64,000 bases of DNA from a virus, in UHGV virus genome UHGV-0017507. One strand, written 5' to 3'. The notes below the pieces were generated by a model. The model was not told the DNA's origin. It ran no database searches and was given only the letters and a program-made list of their open reading frames with translations. A program made the translations under genes and the position numbers. Positions 1 through 10,190 of the stretch are shown in pieces. Position 1 is the first letter of the stretch. Every line of letters begins with the position of its first letter.

Positions 1-661
1 CGCCTTTACAATTATTAGTTAAAAAAAGAAAAGAGAATGTATCGGGCGTTGTATAGTTAGTAGTGAAATTAATTCTACCAGTTGTAATTTGAGTGCCATT
101 AGCAGTCACGCCAGTCACTTCAACAGTATAACTAGCTCTATCTTCAAAGCCACTGAACAAATAACTAATCGTCAAAGGCAACGTAGTATCAGTATTATAC
201 AGTGTACCAGATGTACTAATCAAGGCCCCAGAAGCACTATACAGATTAAACACATAAGCATTTAAAATCTCACCTTGAATCTGATTATATTGTACGTTAA
301 AAGCAAAACTACTGTTCGTTATAATATTACCAGTCGGCATATTGGTAATACTAAAACTAGGCTGACTATAACAATAGAACTGAATAGGCGTTGAAGAACT
401 AGATTCATTACCTTGAGCATCTTTAGTAGTTAATGTGGCTTGATAATACGTGCCATTAGTCAGTGTATTAGCTGGCAGAATGTGTTCAAACTTAAATGTT
501 GTTTGTGTTTCTGAATAAACAGTTACTAGGGTTGCGTTATTTTTAATTGTAAGCGTATTTGCCACAACCTGTGAACCACCAAGAACATTAAAAGTGAACG
601 TCTGTTCTTTTGTCGCATCAAATGCAGCAATACTATATAAAATAGGTGTAGTTAAAGCCAT
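1..661 (-). CDS. Partial tail fibre or structural protein. The N-terminal part is here and the C-terminus lies beyond the window start.
   Basis: ATG at complement 659-661 preceded by GAAAGGAGTG. The frame stays open to the window edge. The product is Thr/Ser/Asn-rich and beta-like. It sits in the fibre cluster. Confidence 0.4.
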   Translation of the reverse strand, partial: MALTTPILYSIAAFDATKEQTFTFNVLGGSQVVANTLTIKNNATLVTVYSETQTTFKFEHILPANTLTNGTYYQATLTTKDAQGNESSSSTPIQFYCYSQPSFSITNMPTGNIITNSSFAFNVQYNQIQGEILNAYVFNLYSASGALISTSGTLYNTDTTLPLTISYLFSGFEDRASYTVEVTGVTANGTQITTGRINFTTNYTTPDTFSFLFLTNNCKG

Positions 662-675
662 TTAATCACTCCTTT

Positions 676-1050
676 CTACCAACCGCCCAAGTCAGCTTCG
701 GCCCAAGTCAAACTAAGATTATCTACATTTTGAAAGTTATACCCAAGAGCATCAACCTCAGACCAATTGTAAGGTTTACCAAGTATTTGATACCACATAT
801 CCCCAGATTTTAAATTCTTTGGCTTTTGCACTGAAGTAATAATTTGTAATTTTTGCTTGTTATCGACATAAGCTTTAGTGGCAGGGTTATAATCCTCAAC
901 TGGGTTGTAAGGCGCTGAAGAACCGTCTTTAGGTAGAATTAAATTTTCAAGCAACTGGCCATCTTGCTCGACCACCCAAGACATAAGCGTTTGAGGGGCA
1001 AGTTCTTTACCTTGCTGGTCTGTAAGTTGAACAATTTTAGCATTAGCCAA
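676..1050 (-). CDS. Small tail-fibre-associated protein, a paralog of 1053..1319.
   Basis: Shares the motif DYNPATKAYVDN / DYQPATKKYVDD with the neighbouring 88-aa ORF. It lies downstream of the fibre genes. Confidence 0.45.
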   Translation of the reverse strand: MANAKIVQLTDQQGKELAPQTLMSWVVEQDGQLLENLILPKDGSSAPYNPVEDYNPATKAYVDNKQKLQIITSVQKPKNLKSGDMWYQILGKPYNWSEVDALGYNFQNVDNLSLTWAEADLGGW

Positions 1051-1052
1051 AC

Positions 1053-1319
1053 TTACCCCTCCTCATACCAATAGTCGCCTACACTTTGCCCTATTGGCTG
1101 AGTTGTAGATATAACAATTCCAACACCCGCATTATCGTCTACATATTTTTTCGTTGCGGGCTGATAATCTCCGGTTGGAGAAAATGCGGTTGTGTTATCT
1201 TTGAGTAAGGTAATCTGGCCAACAGTCTGGCCAGCTGAATTTTGCACAGCATCAATTAACGTCTTAGGGTAGATAATGCCATTTGTTGTAGCATCTTTTA
1301 ATGTTACCTTTTCAGCCAT
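1053..1319 (-). CDS. Small tail-fibre-associated protein, a paralog of 676..1050.
   Basis: Carries the shared PATKxYVD motif and is tightly packed with the fibre genes. Confidence 0.45.
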   Translation of the reverse strand: MAEKVTLKDATTNGIIYPKTLIDAVQNSAGQTVGQITLLKDNTTAFSPTGDYQPATKKYVDDNAGVGIVISTTQPIGQSVGDYWYEEG

Positions 1320-1329
1320 TTTCTCCCTC

Positions 1330-2316
1330 CTATCCTAATTCTTTCCATATGCCGTTTATATTAACATAGACAGCTTCTACTTCTTTCCAAGTATCACCAA
1401 TGTTTACATAAATGGCTTCACTATCTTTCCAAACACCGCCAACATTAACAGGAATATTGACAGATTGGACTTTAATAACGGTGATTCTGACATAACCGTT
1501 ACCTTGGTGTCCTGTTTCGGTAGAGCCAGATGTACTTGGCATAGAGACGTTGCCAGCTATTGTTTTGGCTTCGGTTAGGTAGTAAGCAGAATTAAGTAGG
1601 CAACCCGTTGGATAGTTGGTTGCTGTGGTTGATGTGTAGACATAACCAGAGCCACCGCCACCGCCTCTATCATCATCGCCAGAGCCGTCAGGATAAGCAC
1701 CGGAACCACCATACCAACCTCCGCCACCAGCACCGCCATAACCTGAACTTCTATAAATACCATTACCACCAAAACCAAAACCAGCATATGCACCAGCTTG
1801 AGTTGTGGTTGATGTAGATTGGCTAGTAGTCTGCCAAGAAGAATCTGATACACCAATTTGAGTACCGCCATAACCACCACTACCATAATTTTGTGTGGTA
1901 GACCCCCCAGTTTCACCACCGCCATACATTCCTTCTTTATTATACGCACCACAAGAACCACCACCACCAGCTACGATAACACGAGCATATAAACTGTCTT
2001 GCCCAATACGAATATCAGAAGCACCACCGCCACCATTATAAGTGTTACGTTTACCGCCGCCATTAAAACCACCATTTGTTCCGCCCGTGTTACCAGAACC
2101 GCCAACATACACATATATCGTAGTAGCCTTATCCAACGTGATTGTACCTATCGAATAACCGCCATGGCCACTATAATTGCTACTGCTTCTATAACCGCCT
2201 TCCGCACCCCAACATTCAAGCTTATATATTCCTTTGGGCAAAGTCACAGTTTGTACGGAACCAGTATAATCATAATTAAGAATGTCGCCTATTTTAATAT
2301 TTGCCATGTTAATCAC
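1330..2316 (-). CDS. Glycine-rich tail fibre or receptor-binding protein.
   Basis: Long GGxGG and GYGG runs; C-terminal repeats VWKDSEAIYVNIGDTWKEVEAVYVNINGIWKEL. Sits between fibre genes. Confidence 0.45.
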   Translation of the reverse strand: MINMANIKIGDILNYDYTGSVQTVTLPKGIYKLECWGAEGGYRSSSNYSGHGGYSIGTITLDKATTIYVYVGGSGNTGGTNGGFNGGGKRNTYNGGGGASDIRIGQDSLYARVIVAGGGGSCGAYNKEGMYGGGETGGSTTQNYGSGGYGGTQIGVSDSSWQTTSQSTSTTTQAGAYAGFGFGGNGIYRSSGYGGAGGGGWYGGSGAYPDGSGDDDRGGGGGSGYVYTSTTATNYPTGCLLNSAYYLTEAKTIAGNVSMPSTSGSTETGHQGNGYVRITVIKVQSVNIPVNVGGVWKDSEAIYVNIGDTWKEVEAVYVNINGIWKELG

Positions 2317-2317
2317 C

Positions 2318-4591
2318 TCATGGCGTGTATTTTATCCAAAGCATCCCGTTACTGCCCCCACTTGGGTCGGCAGTAGAGATGATGACATTACGAACTTGGG
2401 CGGTAGCATAATCAGTATTATTTTGAGCGACCAAAGCCCCTGTCATCGTATCACCAGCTTTATCAACTTTACCATTCTGTAACGTAGTAATATTACCATT
2501 AGCTGTTGACAGGCCAGAAGTTAATGTGCTAATATTATTAGTATTGGTTGCCACTTGTGCGTTAATAGCAGACAACCCAGACGCAGTTGCAAAGTAAGCT
2601 GCATTATGACCTTCAAGTGTATCTGCGTTCAGCCCGTCAACAGATTGAATATCGGACACAGCGGTATATTTAACAAGGTTGTCGGGAATATCGGCTGTAA
2701 CCGTAACATCGCCAGTTTGTCCATTTACACTTGTTACAGGAGCTTCAGATGCAGTAATATATCCAGCCCCATTAGACAGTTGTTCATTGTCGGTGGGAAC
2801 GGTAATATTTACTTCTTTATTAGCTATTGGCTGCACAGTCCCATTGACTTTAATAGTGTCAATTTTACCACCATTAGTTTCGACATAATTTGGAATACCG
2901 CCAGATAAAGCTACACTCCCATCGGGGTCATATGTGGTTTTAAGCATATCGCCAGCCCCAGCCGCACTCAATGCATCACTAACGGCCTTTTCACTCGGCA
3001 CTTTGGTTGTGCTTGTACCAAGAGTTTGGGTAATATCAGAGGTAGCTACCGCACCTACATCATTAGCTTTGGTAGGCACAGTTATGTTGATTGTTTTATC
3101 GGTTGCAGCATTGGCCGTAAACGTACCAACAGAAACGCCGTTGCGTTGAACATCCAACGTTGCATCATTAACAACAGGAATAACCGTGGTATCTGGTAAA
3201 GCACCTACGTCTGAAGCATCAAGAACAACCATCCCGGTTTTATTGTTTACGCTTGTGACTGGATAAGGAGGTGGGTTATTTGTGGAATATTGTTTAACAT
3301 TGTCAACATTGCTTAGACCAATATTAGCCTTAGTAATATTAACATTACCAACCTGATAAGTGGCTTCATTATCACCTTTAACACCAGTTACAGTGTTCTT
3401 TTGAGCGCCATTCTCAATACCGTCCAACTTAACCTTATCACTACTTAACATAGCACCATTTGCAGTGGTAGTAACAGCAGCCATCTTAATACCATCAGTA
3501 TCTACGCTTAGACCGTTGTCAACCACGATTTTAATAGATATTTCGTTATTGGTGCTGATAGTGATACCAAGGCCACTTGTGTAAGCATCTACTAAATCGG
3601 CCACATTTATATAAATAGGCTCATCTTGGTTCTGCAATACAAGTTTAAGGTATTTTCCCGTAGGTTGGCCAGAAGGATTAGTTACGATTTCACCGCTCTC
3701 AACAAACAGGTCTTTAGGAATATTGATAGCAACACCAGTATTAACCCCGTTTTTTGTGAGACAATAAACAGCGGCATAATCAGTAGTATCAGTCGCCTTT
3801 ATAATACTATATTCTGGTACATCATTAGATGTAATAAAGCCAGTATCATTGTCTAACTGAGATACCTTGGTGGGTACATCAGCACTAGTGATAAATCCAC
3901 TGTTGTTCTCAAGTTGATTCGTTTGCGTAGGGATAGTGGGCTTATTATCAAGGCTATTATAATCACCATCAAACGAGCTTGTACCTGCGCCAATATTTGC
4001 ACGGGCTTGGGCTTTTTGCGTATTTGTCAAAGATTGAAGGGTAGTCTTAACCGCATTTGTCACCACAGTACCAGTCTGACCGTCTACACTCTTTACTGGC
4101 ACATCGTTCGCTGTGATAAAGCCACTATTATTAGCTAGTTGACTGGTTTTAGTAGGAATATCTGTGGTCTTAGCATACCCATCTAATGCACTGCTATCAA
4201 TAAAACCAGAATCATTGTTAAGCTGGCTGGTTTTTGTAGGAATAGTAGTTGTATTGGGTAATGCCCCAACATCGCTTGCAGTTAAAACGACAGAACCAGT
4301 CTTACCATTGACACTGGACACACCCGCCTCAGGGTCTTGACCACCAGCGCCGGGAACGATAATAAAGGCCGCAGACATATTTCCAAAAGGAATGAATACT
4401 TGATATACTGTACCCACTGTTGGGGTTCCACCATAATATTTTACTGTATTGTCTTTACCGTTAATAGTAAGTACACAAGTTGATGTAGAAATACTTTTAC
4501 ACACACCAGTATATATTTTTGTGGTATTATCTTCAACAACTTGTTTTACCATAATTTCAATAGCATCAAGTATCTCATTAGCAAAACTCAA
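2318..4591 (-). CDS. Tail fibre protein carrying tandem tail-fibre repeats.
   Basis: 757 aa. Repeated roughly 20-aa units PTKTSQLNNDSGFI / PTQTNQLENNSGFITSADVP, typical of phage tail fibre repeats. Immediately downstream of the tape measure. Confidence 0.6.
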   Translation of the reverse strand: MSFANEILDAIEIMVKQVVEDNTTKIYTGVCKSISTSTCVLTINGKDNTVKYYGGTPTVGTVYQVFIPFGNMSAAFIIVPGAGGQDPEAGVSSVNGKTGSVVLTASDVGALPNTTTIPTKTSQLNNDSGFIDSSALDGYAKTTDIPTKTSQLANNSGFITANDVPVKSVDGQTGTVVTNAVKTTLQSLTNTQKAQARANIGAGTSSFDGDYNSLDNKPTIPTQTNQLENNSGFITSADVPTKVSQLDNDTGFITSNDVPEYSIIKATDTTDYAAVYCLTKNGVNTGVAINIPKDLFVESGEIVTNPSGQPTGKYLKLVLQNQDEPIYINVADLVDAYTSGLGITISTNNEISIKIVVDNGLSVDTDGIKMAAVTTTANGAMLSSDKVKLDGIENGAQKNTVTGVKGDNEATYQVGNVNITKANIGLSNVDNVKQYSTNNPPPYPVTSVNNKTGMVVLDASDVGALPDTTVIPVVNDATLDVQRNGVSVGTFTANAATDKTINITVPTKANDVGAVATSDITQTLGTSTTKVPSEKAVSDALSAAGAGDMLKTTYDPDGSVALSGGIPNYVETNGGKIDTIKVNGTVQPIANKEVNITVPTDNEQLSNGAGYITASEAPVTSVNGQTGDVTVTADIPDNLVKYTAVSDIQSVDGLNADTLEGHNAAYFATASGLSAINAQVATNTNNISTLTSGLSTANGNITTLQNGKVDKAGDTMTGALVAQNNTDYATAQVRNVIISTADPSGGSNGMLWIKYTP

Positions 4592-4628
4592 TTATCATTC
4601 CTCCTTTATATAAGATAGAGGGCGCATA

Positions 4629-7600
4629 TCACGCCCTCTTATAAGCTCTTTGATAAGCCAATTGTTTCAGCCCATCGACCAAAGATTCTGCATCTCTTGC
4701 ATTAGGTAGAGATAGATTAGCTATATTGAAAATATTGTTACTTCCGTTTGTTACAGCACCAGGATTAATCTTACCCCAGTTCCATAGATTCCTTGTAACA
4801 TCAGCAGGAATAATACCATCACCTTGACCAAGCACCCTTAACTCAGGACCCTGTTCACCAACCAGACTTAATCCTCCAGTAGAACCCAGAGTACCACCAG
4901 CATGCTTTTTACCGCTTAATGCTTTAGCTATAGCACTGATACCAGCAGATACACCAGCAGATACAGCGGCAGAAGCGGCCACAGTTTTAGTGGAGCTAGA
5001 AGTAGTAGATTTGCCAGGAGCATTGAATCCCTCTTTCATTTCCGCCTCTGTCCAGCCACCATTACCAACTACCTTAGAATAGTCAAAATAATAGCCTTTG
5101 CCGTCTTTAGGAGCTTCTTCCTCTTGCTGAGTTTTCTTAGTACCATCTTCCAAAGAGGCCATAATATTATTGTATTTATCTGCAAAAGCTTGGGCGTTCA
5201 TTAAACGCTTTTCCCAATTCTTTTGTTCTAAATCAATACCCAACACTTGTTCAGCAACGAGCCTGTTTTGTTCTTCAGTGTATTGGTCTACGACATTAGA
5301 CCATTCGTCTTTATACTTTTCCCAATACTCAATCTGGGCATCAATAGTCGCCACAGCATTATCTTTAAGCTCATTAAGTTTATCAATCTCTTCCTGCAAA
5401 GCCTTGTCTCTTTGATAAGCATCAAGTTCAGTTTGCGCAGCGGCAATTTCATCTGTATCTTGCAAGTATTGGAATTGGCCATTAGAAAACACATAAAGTT
5501 GCTTGTCTTTAGACTTGGCCAGATTATTTAGAATTTCTTCATATTTAATCTGCTGTTCAAGCTCATTATTAGTGTCTTGTAATGCCTGAATCTGATTATC
5601 ATAGAACTGCTCAATCTCAGTCTTTTGGTCTTGAAGGGCTTGAATTTCTTCTTCAATCCTCTTTTGAACATAACTGGCCGCAGTCTCATAATCAGATTTT
5701 TGCTGTTCTAAAGCGGCTTTTCGAGCCTCTTCCGCTTTTTGGTTTTGCTCATCTAATAGCTTATTAATATCATTGGTAATTTTCCAATGCTCTTCAGATA
5801 AAGCATTAATATCAGCTTGATTACTGCCAATCTTGCGCATATATTCAGCTTCATTATGTAATGCGGCCTGAATTTCACGCATCTTAGCAATTTGCTTGTC
5901 TTCACTATCCCCACGCTCTTGCATGAGGCTTAGTTCGGATTTAAGCACTGACACTCTATCTTTTAAAGCTTCAAGCTGAGTGTCTTTTGTAGATTTAGTA
6001 GAGGTTGTTTTGCCACCGCTAGTTCTAATTCCAGTTCCCGTACCAGTTCCTGTTCCACCAGTTGTAGCAGTCTTAGGCAACGACCCCATCCAACGACTCC
6101 AAAGATGAGACATATAATCTTCAGCACTAACACCATAATGTTTTGCCCACTTATAGTCATCATCATTGACACTAGCAATCATATCTTTAGCAACACCCGC
6201 TGCTGCTGCTAACTGACCTAGTGCTTGAATTTTTTGAGATACATCAAGGCTTGTATTATTAAAGATAATGTTTTGAGAGATAAGGTCTAACATTTTATCT
6301 TTAGTAATACCTAGTTGATCTGCTTCTGTTATCAAACCATTGGCTGCTTTGACAGCTGAATCAGCTGTATTAGATTGGGCCAATGTTAAATCAACTTGTT
6401 TAGCAGCTACTTCTTCAGTAGTGCCATACAAGTCAACCAATTGATACCATAGTTCTTTTTGGCTCTCAGTTAGCTCAATACCACCTTGAGTAGCTTCATG
6501 ACCAACTTCATAATAATGCTCAAGGGCCTCAGATGTTTCAATATATTGCTCTTGTAAAGTTTCAAAATTCTCAGGAGATGTGGCATTTTCCATACCTGTC
6601 TTGAGTTTTTGTAACTTAGCAATATAATTCTCAATGGTATTGACTTGCGTAGTAATCTCATTACCAAACTCATCAATGCCTTTAACATCGGTAGTTTCAC
6701 CAAAGGCCAAATCAACCTTTTTCTGATTAAACTCATCTAGTTGCTTGTTTAAAGTGTCTAACTTATCAGAATAAATATCAATGACATTTTGGTTTGCACC
6801 TTGGTCTTTAAGTTCTTGAATCTTATCTTTAGTTTCACTGATTTCAGCGTTTAAAGTACCAATCTGCTCATTAACATATTCAGTTCCATTAAACGTTTCT
6901 TGGAACCAGTCGGTTTTAGAAAGAGCATTCAAGCCAACAAGAGCCGCAGAAATAGCAAGGATGATAGGCAATGCTGTAGAGGCCGCAGAGCCTAAAGCCA
7001 ACATCGGCCCTTGTGTCCCTGTAATAGCCATAGTTAAATTCTTAAACAATGGGATAAGATTAGCAAATTGAAGCCGAGCAAGCTCGAAAATTTTAAGGGC
7101 TTTAACTAAAGAAAATGCGCCCCATCCCAGACTACTTAATAGCACAATCTGAGAAACAATTTGACCAAGCGGTGTATTAGCTAATTGCAATAGAGCGTTA
7201 GCAATGTCAAGCACACCCTTAGCTAAATCACTACCAATAATATTATTAGCAAAGTCTTGAAAGGTAGAGTTAAGCTGAGACAACTTGGCTTGAATCGACT
7301 CCATGTAAGCTGTGTTCTCACGCATAGCAGAGCCTTGAGATTCAAGTGCAGTATCAGTCGCATCAACAGCATGGCCGAAATTGTTCATTAGGGCCAGGAA
7401 ATTATTCAACTGAGTTGTACCTGCAATTGTGGTAGCGATATATTTTTGGGTATTGCCGTCTAACGTGCCCCACTTATCATATAGACCCTGAAGTAAATCA
7501 AAGCCGCTCTTTAACTGGCCGTTGGTGTCATACATGGCAACACCAAGGTTACTAAAGATTTGAATAATTTTCTCACCATTAGACGAAGCTGGGTCAAGGA

Positions 7601-8006
7601 CCTGAGCAAGATTGGCCATGATGGAGTTTAAACCACGGGAGGCTTTACTTGCGTTCTTCGTCTGTTCGGTGATTGCGGTCATAAGACCAATAGTCTGCTC
7701 AAGACTATTGCCCATCGCAGATGAGGACGATGCTACAACTTTTAGACCTGTTGCAAGGTCGCCAGTGCCTACAGCAAAAGAATTTGCCACCTGGTTCAGC
7801 GAATCAGCTATATGCATCGCATTACCAGCCACATCGCCGGTATTTTGATTAAATGCAATTAACTGCGAAATTAAAAACTGTGCCGAATCACCAGCAGAGA
7901 TTGTCTCGTCTGCCACGTTCTGGAACATGGTGCTGACACGAGCCAACTGTGCGGCATCTTCATCGTTGAAGCCATTCTTCCTAAATTCGGTTGCGCTTTC
8001 AACCAT
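4629..8006 (-). CDS. Tail tape measure protein.
   Basis: 1125 aa. The N-terminal core resembles TP901-type tape measure proteins (AAQLARVSTMFQNVADE, GLKVVASSS). Long coiled-coil middle, Gly/Thr linker, largest protein in the tail block. Confidence 0.75.
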   Translation of the reverse strand: MVESATEFRKNGFNDEDAAQLARVSTMFQNVADETISAGDSAQFLISQLIAFNQNTGDVAGNAMHIADSLNQVANSFAVGTGDLATGLKVVASSSSAMGNSLEQTIGLMTAITEQTKNASKASRGLNSIMANLAQVLDPASSNGEKIIQIFSNLGVAMYDTNGQLKSGFDLLQGLYDKWGTLDGNTQKYIATTIAGTTQLNNFLALMNNFGHAVDATDTALESQGSAMRENTAYMESIQAKLSQLNSTFQDFANNIIGSDLAKGVLDIANALLQLANTPLGQIVSQIVLLSSLGWGAFSLVKALKIFELARLQFANLIPLFKNLTMAITGTQGPMLALGSAASTALPIILAISAALVGLNALSKTDWFQETFNGTEYVNEQIGTLNAEISETKDKIQELKDQGANQNVIDIYSDKLDTLNKQLDEFNQKKVDLAFGETTDVKGIDEFGNEITTQVNTIENYIAKLQKLKTGMENATSPENFETLQEQYIETSEALEHYYEVGHEATQGGIELTESQKELWYQLVDLYGTTEEVAAKQVDLTLAQSNTADSAVKAANGLITEADQLGITKDKMLDLISQNIIFNNTSLDVSQKIQALGQLAAAAGVAKDMIASVNDDDYKWAKHYGVSAEDYMSHLWSRWMGSLPKTATTGGTGTGTGTGIRTSGGKTTSTKSTKDTQLEALKDRVSVLKSELSLMQERGDSEDKQIAKMREIQAALHNEAEYMRKIGSNQADINALSEEHWKITNDINKLLDEQNQKAEEARKAALEQQKSDYETAASYVQKRIEEEIQALQDQKTEIEQFYDNQIQALQDTNNELEQQIKYEEILNNLAKSKDKQLYVFSNGQFQYLQDTDEIAAAQTELDAYQRDKALQEEIDKLNELKDNAVATIDAQIEYWEKYKDEWSNVVDQYTEEQNRLVAEQVLGIDLEQKNWEKRLMNAQAFADKYNNIMASLEDGTKKTQQEEEAPKDGKGYYFDYSKVVGNGGWTEAEMKEGFNAPGKSTTSSSTKTVAASAAVSAGVSAGISAIAKALSGKKHAGGTLGSTGGLSLVGEQGPELRVLGQGDGIIPADVTRNLWNWGKINPGAVTNGSNNIFNIANLSLPNARDAESLVDGLKQLAYQRAYKRA

Positions 8007-8022
8007 TTCTGACGTTTAATTA

Positions 8023-8454
8023 TCAACGCTTCTTTTCTGTAAATTCAATAGTGCCTTTTTTAACCTTTTTGTCTTTAGCTTCTTTTACATAGTTACGATA
8101 TTTTCTATCATATTCTTTTTGAGCTTCAATCTGCCTCAGCATCTTTTCTCGGCCTTCTTTTGTGCTGGTTTCATGATGAGTGTTTATCACAGTTAAATTT
8201 ACAACAGTTGCGATAAACAAATAAACACAAACTGTCACTACGACATTTGTTCCATTATTAACAATATACCCAAACAAACCAAGCAACCCAAGATTAACAA
8301 GAACTACCCAAGCAGAAAAGCTGATTCTAGCCAGTAAAGAAAATAACCATAAGATAAAACAAAACATCAAAAGTCCAATAAACACTAAAACAATAAATCC
8401 ATTAAAACTATTCATAATATACACTCCTTTTAATTGGTAAGCGTATAATATCAT
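8023..8454 (-). CDS. Membrane protein 'moron' with its own promoter inside the tail module.
   Basis: 143 aa, two to three predicted TM helices, basic C-terminus. On the minus strand, TTGACT-N17-TATTAT then AAAAGGAGTG lie directly upstream at about 8465-8520. Confidence 0.5.
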   Translation of the reverse strand: MILYAYQLKGVYIMNSFNGFIVLVFIGLLMFCFILWLFSLLARISFSAWVVLVNLGLLGLFGYIVNNGTNVVVTVCVYLFIATVVNLTVINTHHETSTKEGREKMLRQIEAQKEYDRKYRNYVKEAKDKKVKKGTIEFTEKKR

Positions 8455-8630
8455 AACAGAAAAGAAAAGTCAATAACTTTTTCCAAAGTTTTTCAGACTT
8501 TGCCTGAGTAATTCTTCACCCATTAATTGGCGGGTTGCTCTGTATACTCGATTGACATACCGCTCATCACGGCTTCGCGCCCAATCTGCCCTTTTTAACG
8601 ATACTTAGGACTTTCGCCCATATATCATCC

Positions 8631-9107
8631 TTACAGTTGTAACGGTTTCCCACATTCATATAAGCATAATCTCATCTCATATTGTAGTTGTAAGGCTCTT
8701 GAGGCTTTCAAGGGTTTAGGAGCTATTCTCGGCGCTGGTTTACCATCCCATCGCCCCGGCTCAGACCGATTTGGTTTACCGGTTCGTCCAACTGTCAAAC
8801 CAACTTTAGATAATTTGTCAACATAATCATCTAAAGCCGACCCCGACAAGTCAGACACTTTTTTATATTCCGTTAAAGCATTGTCAAGTTCCAAAACTTG
8901 GCCAGCCAACGAACTGATAATATCTATTGTTTTAGAAAAAACCGTGTTAGCTGCATTAAAATCTAGCGCCAAATCATTTATATCTTGACTCGCTTGTTTG
9001 ACACTACTAGTATCAATATCAATCTTAGCGCCTTTTACTTTATTTAATTGTTTTTGAATTTGTTCCGTTTGTAACGAAACGTCCACAAGTATGCTGTAAT
9101 TTGCCAT
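8631..9107 (-). CDS. Hypothetical coiled-coil protein whose C-terminal roughly 50 aa run into GC-rich structured DNA.
   Basis: The N-terminal 110 aa look like real protein. The tail GRTGKPNRSEPGRWDGKPAPRIAPKP is Pro/Arg/Gly-rich, which suggests read-through into noncoding sequence. Confidence 0.3.
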   Translation of the reverse strand: MANYSILVDVSLQTEQIQKQLNKVKGAKIDIDTSSVKQASQDINDLALDFNAANTVFSKTIDIISSLAGQVLELDNALTEYKKVSDLSGSALDDYVDKLSKVGLTVGRTGKPNRSEPGRWDGKPAPRIAPKPLKASRALQLQYEMRLCLYECGKPLQL

Positions 9108-9119
9108 TCACTCACTCCT

Positions 9120-9644
9120 TTATAGTGAATTTGGCTTGCCTATATGTTTAATTTTAATTTGACTATAAGCAATCAATACTGCATCTGCAATATCATCTTC
9201 ATTGAATTTACTGCTGGGCGACTTCCATATTAAATTCAATCTAAATAAATTATTAACTTTTTCTACGGCTTTTTTTTTCATTTCAGCTCGTTTAGTACCA
9301 TCTCTTGTTCCATCAAATAAACCTGTTAGACTTCGCCACTGGTTTGGAATCAAAAACTCAATCGGTATATTAAACGAGGCCGCAACGCCATAAAAAAATC
9401 CTTGTACAGCACCCAACTGGACAAGCACTTTGGGATTTTGAGCCTTTAATGGCACATCTTCCATATATATCTGATCTGGTTGATATTTATTCAATATCTC
9501 AATTAGCTTTGGGGCCTGATTAACAATGTGTTCGCGCCAATCATCTCCTTCAGGCTTAATTATCCCATAAGCCACAAGTTCTTTACCATCAAAGATACTC
9601 CAACCTGTTGAGCGGGTGCTACCATCTAGCCCCATTACTACCAT
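9120..9644 (-). CDS. RuvC-like Holliday junction resolvase.
   Basis: N-terminal MGLDGSTRSTGWSIF matches the RuvC hhGhDPGxxxxGhAh motif. C-terminal DDIADAVLIAYS matches the RuvC D-x-ADA motif. Confidence 0.5.
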   Translation of the reverse strand: MVVMGLDGSTRSTGWSIFDGKELVAYGIIKPEGDDWREHIVNQAPKLIEILNKYQPDQIYMEDVPLKAQNPKVLVQLGAVQGFFYGVAASFNIPIEFLIPNQWRSLTGLFDGTRDGTKRAEMKKKAVEKVNNLFRLNLIWKSPSSKFNEDDIADAVLIAYSQIKIKHIGKPNSL

Positions 9645-9653
9645 ATTTTTCTC

Positions 9654-10190
9654 CTAATCTTTTACAAAGAAAATGGGTGATTTGTGTCGAGCATAAGTAA
9701 TTCCTTGTTGTTTTAGCCCATCTTCAAACCATTTCCTCATTTTATTAACTTTAATAGAATTAATTAAAGCATTCCATACATTACGTTTCCTTGTCCATGC
9801 TTGCCCTTTAAATCTTGCACTGTTCTTAGCATAGCCTTCTTGATAAATAGCACCAGACAAACCCTCATAAATAACATCAGCTAAATATTCATCTATAGGT
9901 TGCCCATCTATAACAGACGCATGATGATTACCATAAGTTTCTAATTTATCAGGGTCATAATAAAATTCGCCTGTTACTATGTTGCCAGTAATCTCAGTTC
10001 TATTATCCCACGCTTCTTTAAATTGCCCTGTGCGATTGTATTCTTCTGGTTGATATGCATCATAAACAATTTTACGCACAAGTTCTCTATTTTCATTCCA
10101 TATCTTTTGAACTACATAATCTACAGCTTTTTTTAACTCAGGCATAAGCATAGCCCTAACCTGACCCTCATTTCTTGCTTGTGTTGCCAT
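9654..10190 (-). CDS. Hypothetical protein.
   Basis: ORF with an RBS and no recognisable motif. Confidence 0.35.
   Translation of the reverse strand: MATQARNEGQVRAMLMPELKKAVDYVVQKIWNENRELVRKIVYDAYQPEEYNRTGQFKEAWDNRTEITGNIVTGEFYYDPDKLETYGNHHASVIDGQPIDEYLADVIYEGLSGAIYQEGYAKNSARFKGQAWTRKRNVWNALINSIKVNKMRKWFEDGLKQQGITYARHKSPIFFVKD

Noticed and set aside
1575-1967. ORFs of 130 and 69 aa (1575..1967 on the minus strand, 1608..1817 on the plus strand) inside the glycine-rich fibre gene.
   Set aside because: They are alternative-frame and antisense translations of the GGN/CCN-rich repeat. Their His/Gln/Val-rich low-complexity products are artefacts of the repeat.
5170-7848. Multiple plus-strand ORFs (5170..5415, 5247..5531, 5582..5767, 7612..7848) and nested minus-strand ORFs inside the tape measure gene.
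   Set aside because: They are antisense or out-of-frame to a well-supported 1125-aa coding sequence, with no RBS. They are typical shadow ORFs.
8455-9107. Idea that 8631..9107 is a tape measure N-terminal exon separated by a group I intron carrying 8023..8454.
   Set aside because: The tape measure ORF at 8006 already has a complete, typical N-terminus. The intervening ORF is a membrane protein with its own sigma70 promoter, not a homing endonuclease. No intron core motifs were seen.
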